64,000 nt of DNA from Candidatus Geohabitans tengchongensis (GCA_031459625.1 JAVKIH010000004.1:10588-74587), one strand, 5' to 3'. Shown: positions 1 through 9,897, counted from the first letter of the stretch. Notes: generated by a model not told the origin, from the sequence alone. A program made the numbers and translations.

Positions 1-417
1 TTCGGCGATTTCGCCGGCATCCTCGGGGCGCAGCTCGCCGCCTGCGGCGAGGGCGGCAAAGACCGTGGTGGTGGACTCGACCACGCCCGCCTGCGGGGCC
101 ACGCGCCCTGTCTGGATCACGCCCAGGGGCTGTGCCCAGGCCAGCTCCAGCCCGGTCTCCTCCCGCACTTCGCGGCGTACCGCCTCCTCCGGCGTCTCGC
201 CGGGCTCGACCGCCCCGCCGGGGGGGAGCCATCGGTCCACCAGCTGGTCATCGCGCAGCCGCACCAGCACGAGGCGGCCCGCATGTTCCACCAGGGCCAG
301 GGCAAACCGCATGGCCGGTCCGTGGCGCTCGCGCAGGCGCCGCACCACGTCGTCGGGGCTGGGTAGCAGGGGGTAGGCGAGGGGCTTCTGAGACCTTCGC
401 GCCGAGTCATGAGACAT
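1..417 (-). CDS. NUDIX hydrolase (3' end runs off the window)
   Basis: Manual translation of a minus frame missing from the ORF track: MSHDS...MRFALALVEHAGRLVLVR...WLPPGGAVEPGETPEEAVRREVREETGLE, a full Nudix box GX5EX7REUXEEXGU. Start is ATG 417 or ATG 312. Confidence 0.85.
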   Translation of the reverse strand, partial: MSHDSARRSQKPLAYPLLPSPDDVVRRLRERHGPAMRFALALVEHAGRLVLVRLRDDQLVDRWLPPGGAVEPGETPEEAVRREVREETGLELAWAQPLGVIQTGRVAPQAGVVESTTTVFAALAAGGELRPEDAGEIAE

Positions 418-438
418 GGGATCCCCATCTGGACGCGG

Positions 439-468
439 ATGTCTTGGTTTAGAATGTCTTAGTTTAGA
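439..468. repeat. 15-bp tandem direct repeat
   Basis: ATGTCTTGGTTTAGA (439-453) followed by ATGTCTTAGTTTAGA (454-468), one mismatch. Confidence 0.8.
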
Positions 469-724
469 TATGGATACGTGACCTAAGCCGGGACTTCATG
501 GCGGGGGGTCCCGGTGCGCTTAGACCCTTCGCGGACTTAATTGCCACGCTCTTGACCATTACGGTGATGGCTCCCCAGGGGGCTGTCCGACCCGTAGAGG
601 GTCCTGCCCCCATGTGCGCATCCACTCCTCTGTAGGGCGGCCTTCGATTGAGTGGGTTATCAGGATACCAGAAGAGAGAGTCTAATCACATTTGCCAAGC
701 GAATCGGCTTGCACGTGTTGACCT

Positions 725-1606
725 TTACGAGATGTAAGGCCGCCCCAGGGCCTCCGGCTTGGCCAGTCCCCAGCGCGTGCGGAACCAGGGCGCGGAGATG
801 ACGGCCAGGATGACGATGGTGATGGCAAAGGGCAGCGCCCGCCAGATGTAGCGCGACAGGATCCCCGGCAGCACCAGCTCGGGGTTGAGGGAGAGCTGCC
901 ACATGGCGGCGAAGAGCGTGGCCCCCATCAGCAGCACCCACGGGTTCCACATCGAGAAGAAGACCAGCGCCAGGCTTACGAACCCCCAGCCCATCAGGAA
1001 GTTGTAGTTCCACACCGGGTTGTAGGAGAGGCTGTAGACCGCCCCCGCCAGGCCCGCCAGCATCCCTCCGAACGTGACACACAGGTAGCGGACCGCCCCC
1101 ACGTTGATCCCGGACGCCTGCGCCGCCCCCGGGTGTTCCCCCGCCGACCGGATGGCCAGCCCCACCCCGGTGCGGAAGAGCAGGAACCAGGTCGCCCCCA
1201 CGAGCGCCACGGCCAGGTAGACGAAGGGCGAGAGGCCGAGCCACGTGCCGATGCGCTCCAGCCCCAGCGGCCCGGTGTAGGGGTTGCCGATGTAGGTGGT
1301 GAGGCCGAAGCTGAGGATCCACAGCCCCATGCCGCTCACCACCTGGTCCCCGCGCAGGGTGATGGCGAAGAACCCGTGCGCGGCGCCGAGCAGCGCGCCC
1401 ACGGCCAGGGCCGCCAGGAACCCGAGCAGGTAGTCGCGCGTGAGCTGGGTGGCGATGAAGGCCAGGGTGCCGCCGGAGAGCATCAGCCCCTCCAGGCCGA
1501 CGTTGAGCACCCCCGCGCGCTGGTCCACCAGCTCCCCCAGCGCCGCGAAGAGGAAGATGGTCGAGGCCTCCAGGCTGCGCGCCAGCAGCTCCAGCACGGC
1601 GCTCAC
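725..1606 (-). CDS. ABC transporter permease (BMP/nucleoside-type, subunit 2)
   Basis: GELVDQRAGVLNVGLEG and GLAIRSAGEHPGAAQASGINV motifs; GTG start overlaps the upstream TGA. Confidence 0.9.
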   Translation of the reverse strand: MSAVLELLARSLEASTIFLFAALGELVDQRAGVLNVGLEGLMLSGGTLAFIATQLTRDYLLGFLAALAVGALLGAAHGFFAITLRGDQVVSGMGLWILSFGLTTYIGNPYTGPLGLERIGTWLGLSPFVYLAVALVGATWFLLFRTGVGLAIRSAGEHPGAAQASGINVGAVRYLCVTFGGMLAGLAGAVYSLSYNPVWNYNFLMGWGFVSLALVFFSMWNPWVLLMGATLFAAMWQLSLNPELVLPGILSRYIWRALPFAITIVILAVISAPWFRTRWGLAKPEALGRPYIS

Positions 1607-2748
1607 CCCTCCGCGGCGTCGGCCGAGACCGGCGGGACGGCGGGTGCGGCGGCCGGGCGCCACACCGGCTGGCATTGGTAGAGCACGTGCGAGGCCACGA
1701 AGGTCATCATGAGCAGCCCCAGCAGCGCGTAGTCGACGCCGAAGGGCAGGTGGAGCTGCCCCTGGGCCAGGCGCGCGCCCAGCGACAGCCCCGCGAAGAG
1801 CAGCGCCACAGGGACGGCCCCCACGCCGCTGCCCCGGGCGATCAGCGCGCAGATGATGCCGTAGAAGGCCAGGTCGCCGTAGTAGCCGTAGTTGCCGGGG
1901 ATCTTGTAGACGCCGGGGACGGCGGCGAAGTAGTGGTACCCGGCCAGGCCGCCGAAAGCGCCGCCCACCACGAAGACCAGCAGCGGGAGCGTCAGCGGGT
2001 CGATCCCGCCGTAGCGGGCAGCCTGCGGGTTGAGCCCGAAGGCGCGGATGCGGTAGCCGAGCGCCGTCCGGGCGAAGAGCCAGTCCAGCAGCGCCGCCGC
2101 CCCCACGGCCAGCAGCGCGGTGAAGGGGATGCCGGCCCACAGCGGCGCGTGGAGGAAGGCGGGCAGGCCGAACCCCTCCCCCTCGCCCGTGGCGCTCATG
2201 AAGGGGCCGCCCTCTTTGATCATGTAGGCCACGAGCCAGAAGAAGACCGAGTTCAGCATCATGGTGACCAGGATCTCGTTCACGTTCAGCCGGGCGCGCA
2301 GGAGCCCGGCCACGGCGGCCAGGACCGCTCCGCCCGCCACGCCGGCGACGACCATCAGCCCGACGAGGAGGCCGGGGGCCACGGGCGGGGTCGTCAGGTC
2401 CGGACCACCCAGCAGGGCCGGGACGGCGAAGGCAGCGAGCCCCCCCGCGTACACCTGGCTGGGGAGGCCGATGTTCCACAGGCCCGCGCGGAAGGGGACG
2501 AGGAAGGCGAAGGTGCACAGCAGCAGGTAGATGGCCCGGTGGACCGTGGCCAGGAAGCCGTACCGGTCGGCGAAGGCGTAGGCGAAGACCACCCGGTAGG
2601 CGTGGAGGGGACCGCCCTCGGCCGGCAGGAAGAGGACGCTGCTCAGCACCAGCGCCACGACGATGGCGGCGACGGCGGTCACCACGCCGTGCAGGGGCGA
2701 GGAGGCCCGCCGCGGCTCCACGGTCAGGAGGTAGGATCCAACCCTCAC
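1603..2748 (-). CDS. ABC transporter permease (BMP/nucleoside-type, subunit 1)
   Basis: RAGLWNIG, NVNEILVTMMLN and GYRIRAFGLNPQAARYGGI motifs; GTG start overlaps the ATPase stop. Confidence 0.9.
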   Translation of the reverse strand: MRVGSYLLTVEPRRASSPLHGVVTAVAAIVVALVLSSVLFLPAEGGPLHAYRVVFAYAFADRYGFLATVHRAIYLLLCTFAFLVPFRAGLWNIGLPSQVYAGGLAAFAVPALLGGPDLTTPPVAPGLLVGLMVVAGVAGGAVLAAVAGLLRARLNVNEILVTMMLNSVFFWLVAYMIKEGGPFMSATGEGEGFGLPAFLHAPLWAGIPFTALLAVGAAALLDWLFARTALGYRIRAFGLNPQAARYGGIDPLTLPLLVFVVGGAFGGLAGYHYFAAVPGVYKIPGNYGYYGDLAFYGIICALIARGSGVGAVPVALLFAGLSLGARLAQGQLHLPFGVDYALLGLLMMTFVASHVLYQCQPVWRPAAAPAVPPVSADAAEG

Positions 2749-4304
2749 GCGTGTGCGGCGGCCTCCCGCCGCCACCCCGCCATCATCGCGCCGACCGTCT
2801 CGGGGTGGGCCTCCGCCCGCGGCAGGACGGTCACGAGGCGGCCCTCGTAGATCGGCGCCACCCGGTCGCTCAGGGAGAGGATCTCGTCCAGGTCCTCCGA
2901 GACCAGCAGCACCCCCGCACCGGCGGCCCGCGCCTCCAGGAGGCGGCCGCGCACGAAGGCGGCCGCTTCCACGTCCAGCCCCTGCGTGGGCAGGTGGGCG
3001 AGCAGCACGCGCGGACGCCGCGCCAGCACCCGCCCCAGGATGAGCTTCTGCAGGTTGCCGCCGGAGAGGTGCTGCGCCGGGACGTGCGGGTGGGGCGCCC
3101 GCACCGCGTAGCTGGTCAGGATCTCCCGGGTGAGGCGCTCCAGGCCCGGGTAGTCGAGGAGGGCCCGCGGCGTGTAGGCGGGGTCGAAGTGGAAGGTGAG
3201 CGCCGTATTCTCGACCAGCGTGAAGGGAGCGATGGAGGCCACCTCGACGCGCTCCGCCGGGATGTAGCCGATCCCCCGCCGCCACCGCTCCAGCGGCGGC
3301 CACCACGTGGCGTCCGCACCGTCGAGCAGGACGCGCCCGCCGGCCGGCGGGCGCAGGCCGGCCAGCACCTGGACGAGCTCCTCCTGGCCGTTGCCCGTGA
3401 CGCCGGCGATCCCCAGGATCTCGCCCGCCCGCAACGCGAAGGAGACGCCGCGCAGGGCCAGCACCCCTTTGTCGTTGTAGGCGGCCAGGTCCTCCACGCG
3501 CAGCAGCGCCGGCCGCTCCCCCGCAGCGGCGTCGGTGAGGTGCGGCGGGGCGATGTCGCGGCCGATCATGTGCGCCACCAGGCGCTCCTCGGTGGCCTCG
3601 CGGGTGGGGAGGCGGGCCACGACCCGGCCCGCCCGCAGCACCGTCACGGTGTCGCTGAGTGCCATGACGACGGGGAGCTTGTGGGTGACCAGGAGGACGG
3701 TGACGCCCTGGTCGCGCACGAGGGTGCGCAGGCCGGCCAGCAGGCGCTCCACCTCGGGCGGGGTGAGCACCGAGGTGGGCTCGTCCAGGATGAGGATGCG
3801 CGCGCCCAGGTAGAGGGCCTTGAGGATCTCCACCCACTGCTTCTCGCCCTCGGAGAGCTGCCACACGCGCGCCCCCAGGTCGAGGGCGATCCCGTAGCGG
3901 GCGCACAGCGCCTCCACCTCGCGGCGGGCGTGGCGCGGGTTGAGGAGGCCGCGGGCCTGCGGGTGCCCGAGGAGCAGGTTCTCCAGCACGGTGTGGGCGG
4001 CCACGAGGCGGCGGGTCTGGTGGACCATGCCGATCCCCAGGGCCAGGGCGTCGTGCGGGGAGCGGATGTGCACCCGACGACCCCGCAGGTAGACGGCGCC
4101 CTCATCGGGCTGCACCAGCCCGAAGAGGACGTTCATGAGGGTGGTCTTGCCGGCGCCGTTCTGCCCGAGGACCGCGTGGACCCGGCCGGCGTCCACCTCC
4201 AGGTCCACGCGGTCCAGGGCGAGCACGCCGGGGAAGCGCTTGGTGATCCCGCGTGCCGCCAGGAAGGGCGCGCCGTCGCCGGCCGGCTCGACGGACGTGG
4301 TCAC
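2745..4304 (-). CDS. ABC transporter ATP-binding protein, tandem NBD (CUT2 type)
   Basis: Walker A GQNGAGKTT, ILDEPTSVL, second-domain LSGGNLQK and SEDLDEI. Confidence 0.95.
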   Translation of the reverse strand: MTTSVEPAGDGAPFLAARGITKRFPGVLALDRVDLEVDAGRVHAVLGQNGAGKTTLMNVLFGLVQPDEGAVYLRGRRVHIRSPHDALALGIGMVHQTRRLVAAHTVLENLLLGHPQARGLLNPRHARREVEALCARYGIALDLGARVWQLSEGEKQWVEILKALYLGARILILDEPTSVLTPPEVERLLAGLRTLVRDQGVTVLLVTHKLPVVMALSDTVTVLRAGRVVARLPTREATEERLVAHMIGRDIAPPHLTDAAAGERPALLRVEDLAAYNDKGVLALRGVSFALRAGEILGIAGVTGNGQEELVQVLAGLRPPAGGRVLLDGADATWWPPLERWRRGIGYIPAERVEVASIAPFTLVENTALTFHFDPAYTPRALLDYPGLERLTREILTSYAVRAPHPHVPAQHLSGGNLQKLILGRVLARRPRVLLAHLPTQGLDVEAAAFVRGRLLEARAAGAGVLLVSEDLDEILSLSDRVAPIYEGRLVTVLPRAEAHPETVGAMMAGWRREAAAHA

Positions 4305-4308
4305 GCCG

Positions 4309-5556
4309 CTACTTGAGGATGGTCATCCCCTCGAGGTCGAAGTTGAACTTCGACAGGAGCCACTCGTCGGTGGGCATCTGCCGCGCCGGCTTGACCAGCG
4401 TCCCCTTGGCCGGGATGGGCGTCCCGCGCAGCGCCAGCCCCGTCCCGTTGCTGCGGAAGGCGTGCTCGAAGAACGGGTCCCACTGGCCCCGCATCATCTG
4501 CTGACGGCGCTGCGCCACCAGGCGCAGGATGGCCGCCGGGATGAGCGGCCGCGCCTTGGGGCTGATCGCGTCCACCCCGACCTTCTTGTTGTTCATGATG
4601 TCCACGGCCGACTCGACCGTGCCGTCGGCCAGCGTCATCGTGTCCTTCATCCCCAGGTAGAGCAGGGTGGTGGGGGTCTGGTTGCCCGCCATGTACTGGC
4701 GGATCATGCGGTCGTAGAGGACCTCCCAGCGCGTGTCGAAGGAGATGGCCACGGTGTCGGTGCTGGACCAGCCGTAGAAGCCCACGACGTCCATGTCCTT
4801 GCCCACGAACCAGATCCTCCGCTCCTGGGCCACGTCCAGGGGCGAGCCGGAGTCGGTCTGCTGCGTGAGGACGTCCACCCGGTACTGGCTCACCAGGGTG
4901 CGGGCCACTTCCCGCTCCTCGGTGGGCTTGTACCAGTCGCCGACGTACTTCACGTAGACGTTCACCCGCTTGTTCAGCGCCTTGGCGGCGTCCTGCACCC
5001 CCAGGTAGAAGCCGGCGGTGCGGCGCAGCACCTGGATGTTGGGGAAGGCCGAGACGACGCCGATGTTCCCCGTGCGGGTGAGCGCCCCGGCCACCAGGCC
5101 TTCCAGGTAGAGGGCCTGGTACTGGCGGGGGAAGAAGCGGATGAAGTTGCGCTTGCGGGTGAGGTCGCTCGCCACCACCGAGGCGAAGTAGGTGTTGGGG
5201 TACTGGTCGGCGATGGTGGCCAGCGGCAGCCCGATGAACTCCGCGTTACCGACGACGATGTTGGCCCCCTGGTCGATCAGCTCCCGGGCGTAGGGGACGG
5301 TGGCGTCGGGGCCGACCTCCTCACGGTAGACGTACTTGACGTTGGGGTACTTCTCGGTGAGACGCTTGGCGGCCCGGTCGTGCGCCCCGGACCAGGTCGT
5401 CCCCTTGATGACGCTGAAGTGGAGGATGGCCAGGGTGACGGGGCGTTGCGGCCCGGCGGTCGCCCGCGCCCACAGCGCGGAGGTGGCCAGCAGGGCGAAG
5501 ACGACCAGCGGGATCACGACGCGGGCACAGCGACTTCCCCTCCGGAACTCGCGCAT
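4309..5556 (-). CDS. BMP-family ABC substrate-binding protein
   Basis: Signal-peptide-like N-terminus; YLEGLVAGALTRTGNIGVV, YVGDWYKPTEE and DVLTQQTDS motifs. Start chosen from RBS spacing; 5565 and 5577 are alternatives. Confidence 0.85.
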   Translation of the reverse strand: MREFRRGSRCARVVIPLVVFALLATSALWARATAGPQRPVTLAILHFSVIKGTTWSGAHDRAAKRLTEKYPNVKYVYREEVGPDATVPYARELIDQGANIVVGNAEFIGLPLATIADQYPNTYFASVVASDLTRKRNFIRFFPRQYQALYLEGLVAGALTRTGNIGVVSAFPNIQVLRRTAGFYLGVQDAAKALNKRVNVYVKYVGDWYKPTEEREVARTLVSQYRVDVLTQQTDSGSPLDVAQERRIWFVGKDMDVVGFYGWSSTDTVAISFDTRWEVLYDRMIRQYMAGNQTPTTLLYLGMKDTMTLADGTVESAVDIMNNKKVGVDAISPKARPLIPAAILRLVAQRRQQMMRGQWDPFFEHAFRSNGTGLALRGTPIPAKGTLVKPARQMPTDEWLLSKFNFDLEGMTILK

Positions 5557-5680
5557 GGACCTCATCCCTCCCCCCATGCCCTCGTGGTAGTTGGAGCCTG
5601 CTGCTCATCGTCTGGCAGCGCCTGGGATGCCGGGCAACTCGGCGTGGTTCCGCTTCGGGACACCGGGCGGTTTTCCTCCC

Positions 5681-5720
5681 GGCGGGTCTGGCCCGCTCCC
5701 GCCGGGTCTGGCCCGCTACC
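5681..5720. repeat. 20-bp tandem repeat of a hairpin-forming unit
   Basis: GGCGGGTCTGGCCCGCTCCC followed by GCCGGGTCTGGCCCGCTACC. Confidence 0.75.
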
Positions 5721-6018
5721 GGGGAGCGGGAGGGCCAGGGGCTCGAGGCGACGCTGCCAGACCAGGTGGGCCGTCCAGATCAGCACCAGAGGAAGTCCTG
5801 GATGTCCGCCGACCCGGGCTCAGCGATCAGGTCAGTCACGCTCCCTCGCGCCCGCACACGGACGACGGGTGGCCTGCTTCTGCAATGTGGCCTCCTCCTA
5901 GCTACGTGAGGACACATCATCAACTTGGGTCTTCGCGTGGTCTTGGCATGGTGGCCGGATGGGCTGGGGGAATGCCGAAGAGACCTGCGGCGAGCGGTGG
6001 GAACGCGGCGCGCACAGG

Positions 6019-6106
6019 TGGTGCGGAAGGGGGGAGTCGAACCCCCACGGGCTTGTGGCCCACAGGCTCCTGAGGCCTGCGCGTCTGCCAGTTCCGCCAC
6101 TTCCGC
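6019..6106 (-). tRNA. tRNA-Leu(CAG)
   Basis: GCGGAAG acceptor stem, anticodon arm CAGGC-CTCAGGA-GCCTG, long variable arm, GGTTCGACTCC T-loop, encoded CCA. Confidence 0.97.
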
Positions 6107-6181
6107 GCCGACGCCCGGCAGGACCAGACGAAGCCCTGCAGGACGGAAGACGGCGGACAGCCGCTGCCCGCCGCACCTCCT

Positions 6182-6210
6182 ACGTTACGGGGTGCGCCGG
6201 AGAGCGTCAA
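6182..6210 (-). promoter_or_regulatory. sigma70-type promoter for tRNA-Leu
   Basis: TTGACG-17 nt-TAACGT on the minus strand. Confidence 0.6.
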
Positions 6211-6238
6211 GGCGAGGACCGGGTATACTGGGGACGCC

Positions 6239-8572
6239 GTGGCCGCCCGAGCCGCCGCCCCCACGGACCTTGCCGTCGCCCTCGACGCCCTGGAGCGGGA
6301 CCACGCCTACCGGGGGCAGGTGGTGCACCGCCGGGCCCTGCCGGCCCGGGGGGCGCGCTACGCGCCGCTCGAGCCGCCGCTGCCCGAGCCCCTGCGGGCG
6401 CGCCTGGCCGCCATGGGCATCACCCGCCTCTACACCCACCAGGCCGCGGCCGTCGACGCGGTGCGCCGCGGCGAGCACATCGCCGTCATCACGCCCACCG
6501 CCAGCGGGAAGACCCTGTGCTACAACCTGCCGGTGCTCGAGCACCTGGTGCAGGCCCCGGCCGCCCGCGCCCTCTACCTCTTCCCCACCAAGGCGCTGGC
6601 CCAGGACCAGGTGGACGCCCTGGCGGAGTTCGGCCTGCCCCAGGTGCACGCGGCCACCTACGACGGCGACACGCCGGCGGCGGACCGGCGGCGCATCCGC
6701 GAGCACGCCACCATCGTCCTGACCAACCCCGACATGCTCCACCGGGGGATCCTGCCGCAGCACGTCCGCTGGGCGACCTTCCTGCGCGGGCTGCGCTTCG
6801 TCGTGCTGGACGACATGCACGTCTACCGGGGCGTCTTCGGCTCTCACGTGGCCAACGTCCTGCGCCGGCTGCGCCGCGTCTGCGCGCTGTACGGGGGCCG
6901 CCCGCAGTTCATCTGCACCTCCGCCACCATCGCCAACCCCCGGGAGTTCGCCGAGCGCCTGCTGGGGGTCCCGGTCAGCGTCATCGCCGAGAGCGGCGCC
7001 CCCCAGGGGCCGCGCCAAGTGGTCCTGTGGAACCCCCCGCTCCTCGACCGGGCGGCCATGGCGCGCCGCAGCCCGTACAGCGAAGCCACCTGGCTCTTCA
7101 CCCGGCTGGTGCAGGCGGGCGTGCGGACCATCGTCTTCACCAAGGCCCGCAAGATCACCGAGCTCATCTACCGTTACGCGCGGGCCCGCCTGGCCGAGGA
7201 GGCGGCAGCGCTGAGTCAGCGCATCAGCCCGTACCGGGCCGGCTACCTCCCCGAGGAGCGGCGGCGCATCGAGCAGCGGCTGTTCCGGGGGGAGCTCGTC
7301 GGGGTGATCTCCACGAGCGCGCTCGAGCTGGGGATCGACGTGGGCGGCCTCGACGCCGCCGTGCTGGTGGGCTTCCCCGGCACCATTGCCAGCACCTGGC
7401 AGCGCATCGGCCGGGCCGGCCGCGGCACCGACCCCTCCGCCGGCATCCTCATCGCCCTGGACGACGCCCTCGACCAGTACCTGATGCGCCACCCCGACTA
7501 CCTCTTCGCCCGCTCCCCCGAGCACGCCGTCATCGACCCCGAGAACCCCTACATCCTGGCCAACCACCTGCGCTGCGCGGCGGCGGAGGCGCCGCTCGAG
7601 CCGGCCGACGCCGAGCTCTTCGGGGAGCGGACCCTGGCGGTGGCGGCCCTGCTCGGCGAGTTCGGCGACCTGGTGCAGCGTCGCGGCCGCTGGTACTGGG
7701 CCAATCCCCGGCGCTACCCCGCCGCCGAGGTGGAGATCCGCGCCGCCGGCACCCCCTACCGCATCGTGGACGTCCAGGCCCGCGCGGTCATCGGGACGAT
7801 CGACGAGGCCCGCGCCTTCGAGCAGGTCCACCCCGGCGCGATCTACCTGCACCAGGGCGAGGCCTACGTGGTGCGCAAGCTCGACCTGGTGGAGAAGGTG
7901 GCCTACGTGCAGCCGAGCCCGGCGGACCACTACACCCAGGCGCGGGTGCTCACCGACGTCCGCATCGTCCGCGCGCACGAGGAGAAGCCCTGGGGGCCCA
8001 CCCGCGCCGCCTTCGGGGACGTGGAGGTGACGACCCAGGTCACCGAGTACGTGCGCAAGCAGCTCTTCACCGAGGCGGTGCTGGGCGTGGAGCCGCTCGA
8101 CCTGCCGCCGCAGGTGCTGGCCACGGCGGCGCTGTGGTTCACCATCCCGCCCGAGCTGGTGCGGGAGGTGGAGCGACACGGGCTGGACCTGGCCGGGGGG
8201 ATCCACGCCGTGGAGCACGCCGCCATCGGGCTCCTGCCGCTGTTTGCCATGTGCGACCGCTGGGACATCGGCGGCGTCTCCTACCCGCGCCACGAGCAGG
8301 TGGGGGCGCCGGCCATCTTCATCTACGACGGCCACCCGGGGGGCGTGGGGATCACTCAGAAGGGATTCGCGCTGCTCGACGAGCTGATGTCCGCCACCCT
8401 GGACGCCATCGCCTCGTGTCCGTGCGAGGCCGGGTGTCCTTCCTGCGTGCAGTCCCCCAAGTGCGGCAACCTGAACACCCCGCTGGACAAGGCGGCGGCG
8501 ATCCTCCTGCTGCGCGGCTTGCTGGCCCGCCCCGGACGCGCCGCCCGCGCGGGCGGACGGCGCCGGTCGTGA
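6239..8572 (+). CDS. DEAD/DEAH-box helicase with C-terminal DUF1998 (Hrq1/MrfA/SftH family)
   Basis: PTASGKT, LFPTKALAQDQ, DDMH, SAT, TSALELGIDVG and QRIGRAGR motifs; C-terminal YDGHPGGVG and CPCEAGCPSC. Confidence 0.93.
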   Translation: MAARAAAPTDLAVALDALERDHAYRGQVVHRRALPARGARYAPLEPPLPEPLRARLAAMGITRLYTHQAAAVDAVRRGEHIAVITPTASGKTLCYNLPVLEHLVQAPAARALYLFPTKALAQDQVDALAEFGLPQVHAATYDGDTPAADRRRIREHATIVLTNPDMLHRGILPQHVRWATFLRGLRFVVLDDMHVYRGVFGSHVANVLRRLRRVCALYGGRPQFICTSATIANPREFAERLLGVPVSVIAESGAPQGPRQVVLWNPPLLDRAAMARRSPYSEATWLFTRLVQAGVRTIVFTKARKITELIYRYARARLAEEAAALSQRISPYRAGYLPEERRRIEQRLFRGELVGVISTSALELGIDVGGLDAAVLVGFPGTIASTWQRIGRAGRGTDPSAGILIALDDALDQYLMRHPDYLFARSPEHAVIDPENPYILANHLRCAAAEAPLEPADAELFGERTLAVAALLGEFGDLVQRRGRWYWANPRRYPAAEVEIRAAGTPYRIVDVQARAVIGTIDEARAFEQVHPGAIYLHQGEAYVVRKLDLVEKVAYVQPSPADHYTQARVLTDVRIVRAHEEKPWGPTRAAFGDVEVTTQVTEYVRKQLFTEAVLGVEPLDLPPQVLATAALWFTIPPELVREVERHGLDLAGGIHAVEHAAIGLLPLFAMCDRWDIGGVSYPRHEQVGAPAIFIYDGHPGGVGITQKGFALLDELMSATLDAIASCPCEAGCPSCVQSPKCGNLNTPLDKAAAILLLRGLLARPGRAARAGGRRRS

Positions 8573-9897
8573 GCCCCCGCGACAACCCGGCGTCGGTCGT
8601 GGACCCGGAGAGTAGCCTGGCACCGGTCGTGGACGCAGACGACAGCCCGGCCGGCGCCGCACAGGATGGAAGACCGGCCGCCGGCGCCGTCACCCGCATC
8701 ACCTGGACGCTCTTCGTCGGGCAGGGGCTGGCCCAGGCGGCGATCCTGGCCATCTTCCCCCTCTTCGCCATCATTGGAGCCGCCCTGAGCCGCCCCGGGT
8801 GGGCGGGTCTGCCGGCCATGGTCTACGCGCTCAGCTCGGCCCTCTCCGCCTTCGGTTGGGGGCTGGCGATGGACCGCGTGGGCCGACGGCCGGTGCTGGT
8901 GGCCGGGTTCCTCCTCGGCACGGGCGGGGCGCTGCTGGCCGGGCAGGCGGTGCTGGTCTCGGGCTTCCTCATGTTCCAGGTCGGCCTCGCTCTGGTGGGC
9001 GCAGCCATGGCCGCCATCACGCTGGGACGGTTCGTCGCCGGGGAGATCCACCCGGCGGAGCAGCGCGGCCGCGCCATCTCCCGCGTGGTCCTGGGCGGGA
9101 CGGTGGGGGCGGTGCTCGCCCCGCTGGTGGTGCGGGCTATCACCCGGGGCGCCGTCGGGCCGACGGAGCTGGCCTCGCCCTTCTGGGCGGCCGCTGGGCT
9201 CTACGGGGTGGCGGCCCTGGCTATGGCCGCGGGGATCTGGCCCGAGCCGCGTCTGCTGGCGGGCAGCCGCGTGGGCCTGGCGACGCGGATTCCACGGGAC
9301 GGGCGCAGCCTGTGGCAAATCCTCAGAGGGCGCGCCGTCCGGGTGGCGGTCGTCGCCATGGTCGGGGGGCAGCTCATCATGGCCATGGTCATGGTGATGA
9401 CCTCCGTGCACATGCGGGACCACCACCACCCGCTGCCGGCCATCGCCCTGGTGCTCTCCCTGCATGTCGTCGGGATGTACGCGTTCTCGATGGTGTCCGG
9501 GCGCCTCGCCGACCGCTGGGGCCGCGCGCCGGTCATCACGGGCGGGGCCGCGGCGCTGCTCCTTTCCTGTCTCGCCGCCCCGCTCTCCTCTGCGCTCAGC
9601 CCTACGGCGGCGGCCCTCTTCCTCCTCGGACTGGGGTGGAACTTCTGCTTCGTGGGCGGCTCGGCGCTGCTGGCCGACCAGCTCACCGACGGGGAGGGCG
9701 GGCGCGTCCAGGGCTTCAACGACCTGCTGGTCGGGGCCGCCTCCGGGGCGGGGAGCCTCGGCAGCGGTGCGCTCTTCGCCGCCGCCGGGTTTGCGGTGAT
9801 GGCGCTGGCCGCCGCGCTCCTGGCGCTGGTACCGCTGGGGCTCACCTGGTGGTGGATGGCCACCCGCCAGGTTGCCGCCGACGCATCGACGGCGTAG
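8569..9897 (+). CDS. MFS transporter
   Basis: MDRVGRRP and GRLADRWGR motif-A loops, about 12 hydrophobic segments; GTG overlaps the helicase stop. Confidence 0.88.
   Translation: MSPRDNPASVVDPESSLAPVVDADDSPAGAAQDGRPAAGAVTRITWTLFVGQGLAQAAILAIFPLFAIIGAALSRPGWAGLPAMVYALSSALSAFGWGLAMDRVGRRPVLVAGFLLGTGGALLAGQAVLVSGFLMFQVGLALVGAAMAAITLGRFVAGEIHPAEQRGRAISRVVLGGTVGAVLAPLVVRAITRGAVGPTELASPFWAAAGLYGVAALAMAAGIWPEPRLLAGSRVGLATRIPRDGRSLWQILRGRAVRVAVVAMVGGQLIMAMVMVMTSVHMRDHHHPLPAIALVLSLHVVGMYAFSMVSGRLADRWGRAPVITGGAAALLLSCLAAPLSSALSPTAAALFLLGLGWNFCFVGGSALLADQLTDGEGGRVQGFNDLLVGAASGAGSLGSGALFAAAGFAVMALAAALLALVPLGLTWWWMATRQVAADASTA

Noticed and set aside
5581..5900. Known riboswitch, SRP RNA or 6S RNA
   Set aside because: Consensus cores for purine, TPP, SAM-I, cobalamin, ZTP and SRP were not found by eye; kept only as an unclassified structured leader.
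5780..5900. Short minus-strand leader peptides after AGGAGGAGG (LQKQATRR..., VTDLIAEP...)
   Set aside because: Under 20 codons, no telling codon enrichment and no other support.
8581..8660. Imperfect 30-bp repeats at the MFS 5' end
   Set aside because: Degenerate coding repeats in a disordered N-terminus; not CRISPR-like.
5959..9897. 1312-aa ORF in the track
   Set aside because: The first roughly 870 codons are an off-frame shadow of the tRNA and helicase; only 8569-9897 codes for the MFS protein. Most other long Arg/Pro/Gly-rich ORFs in the track are similar high-GC shadows.
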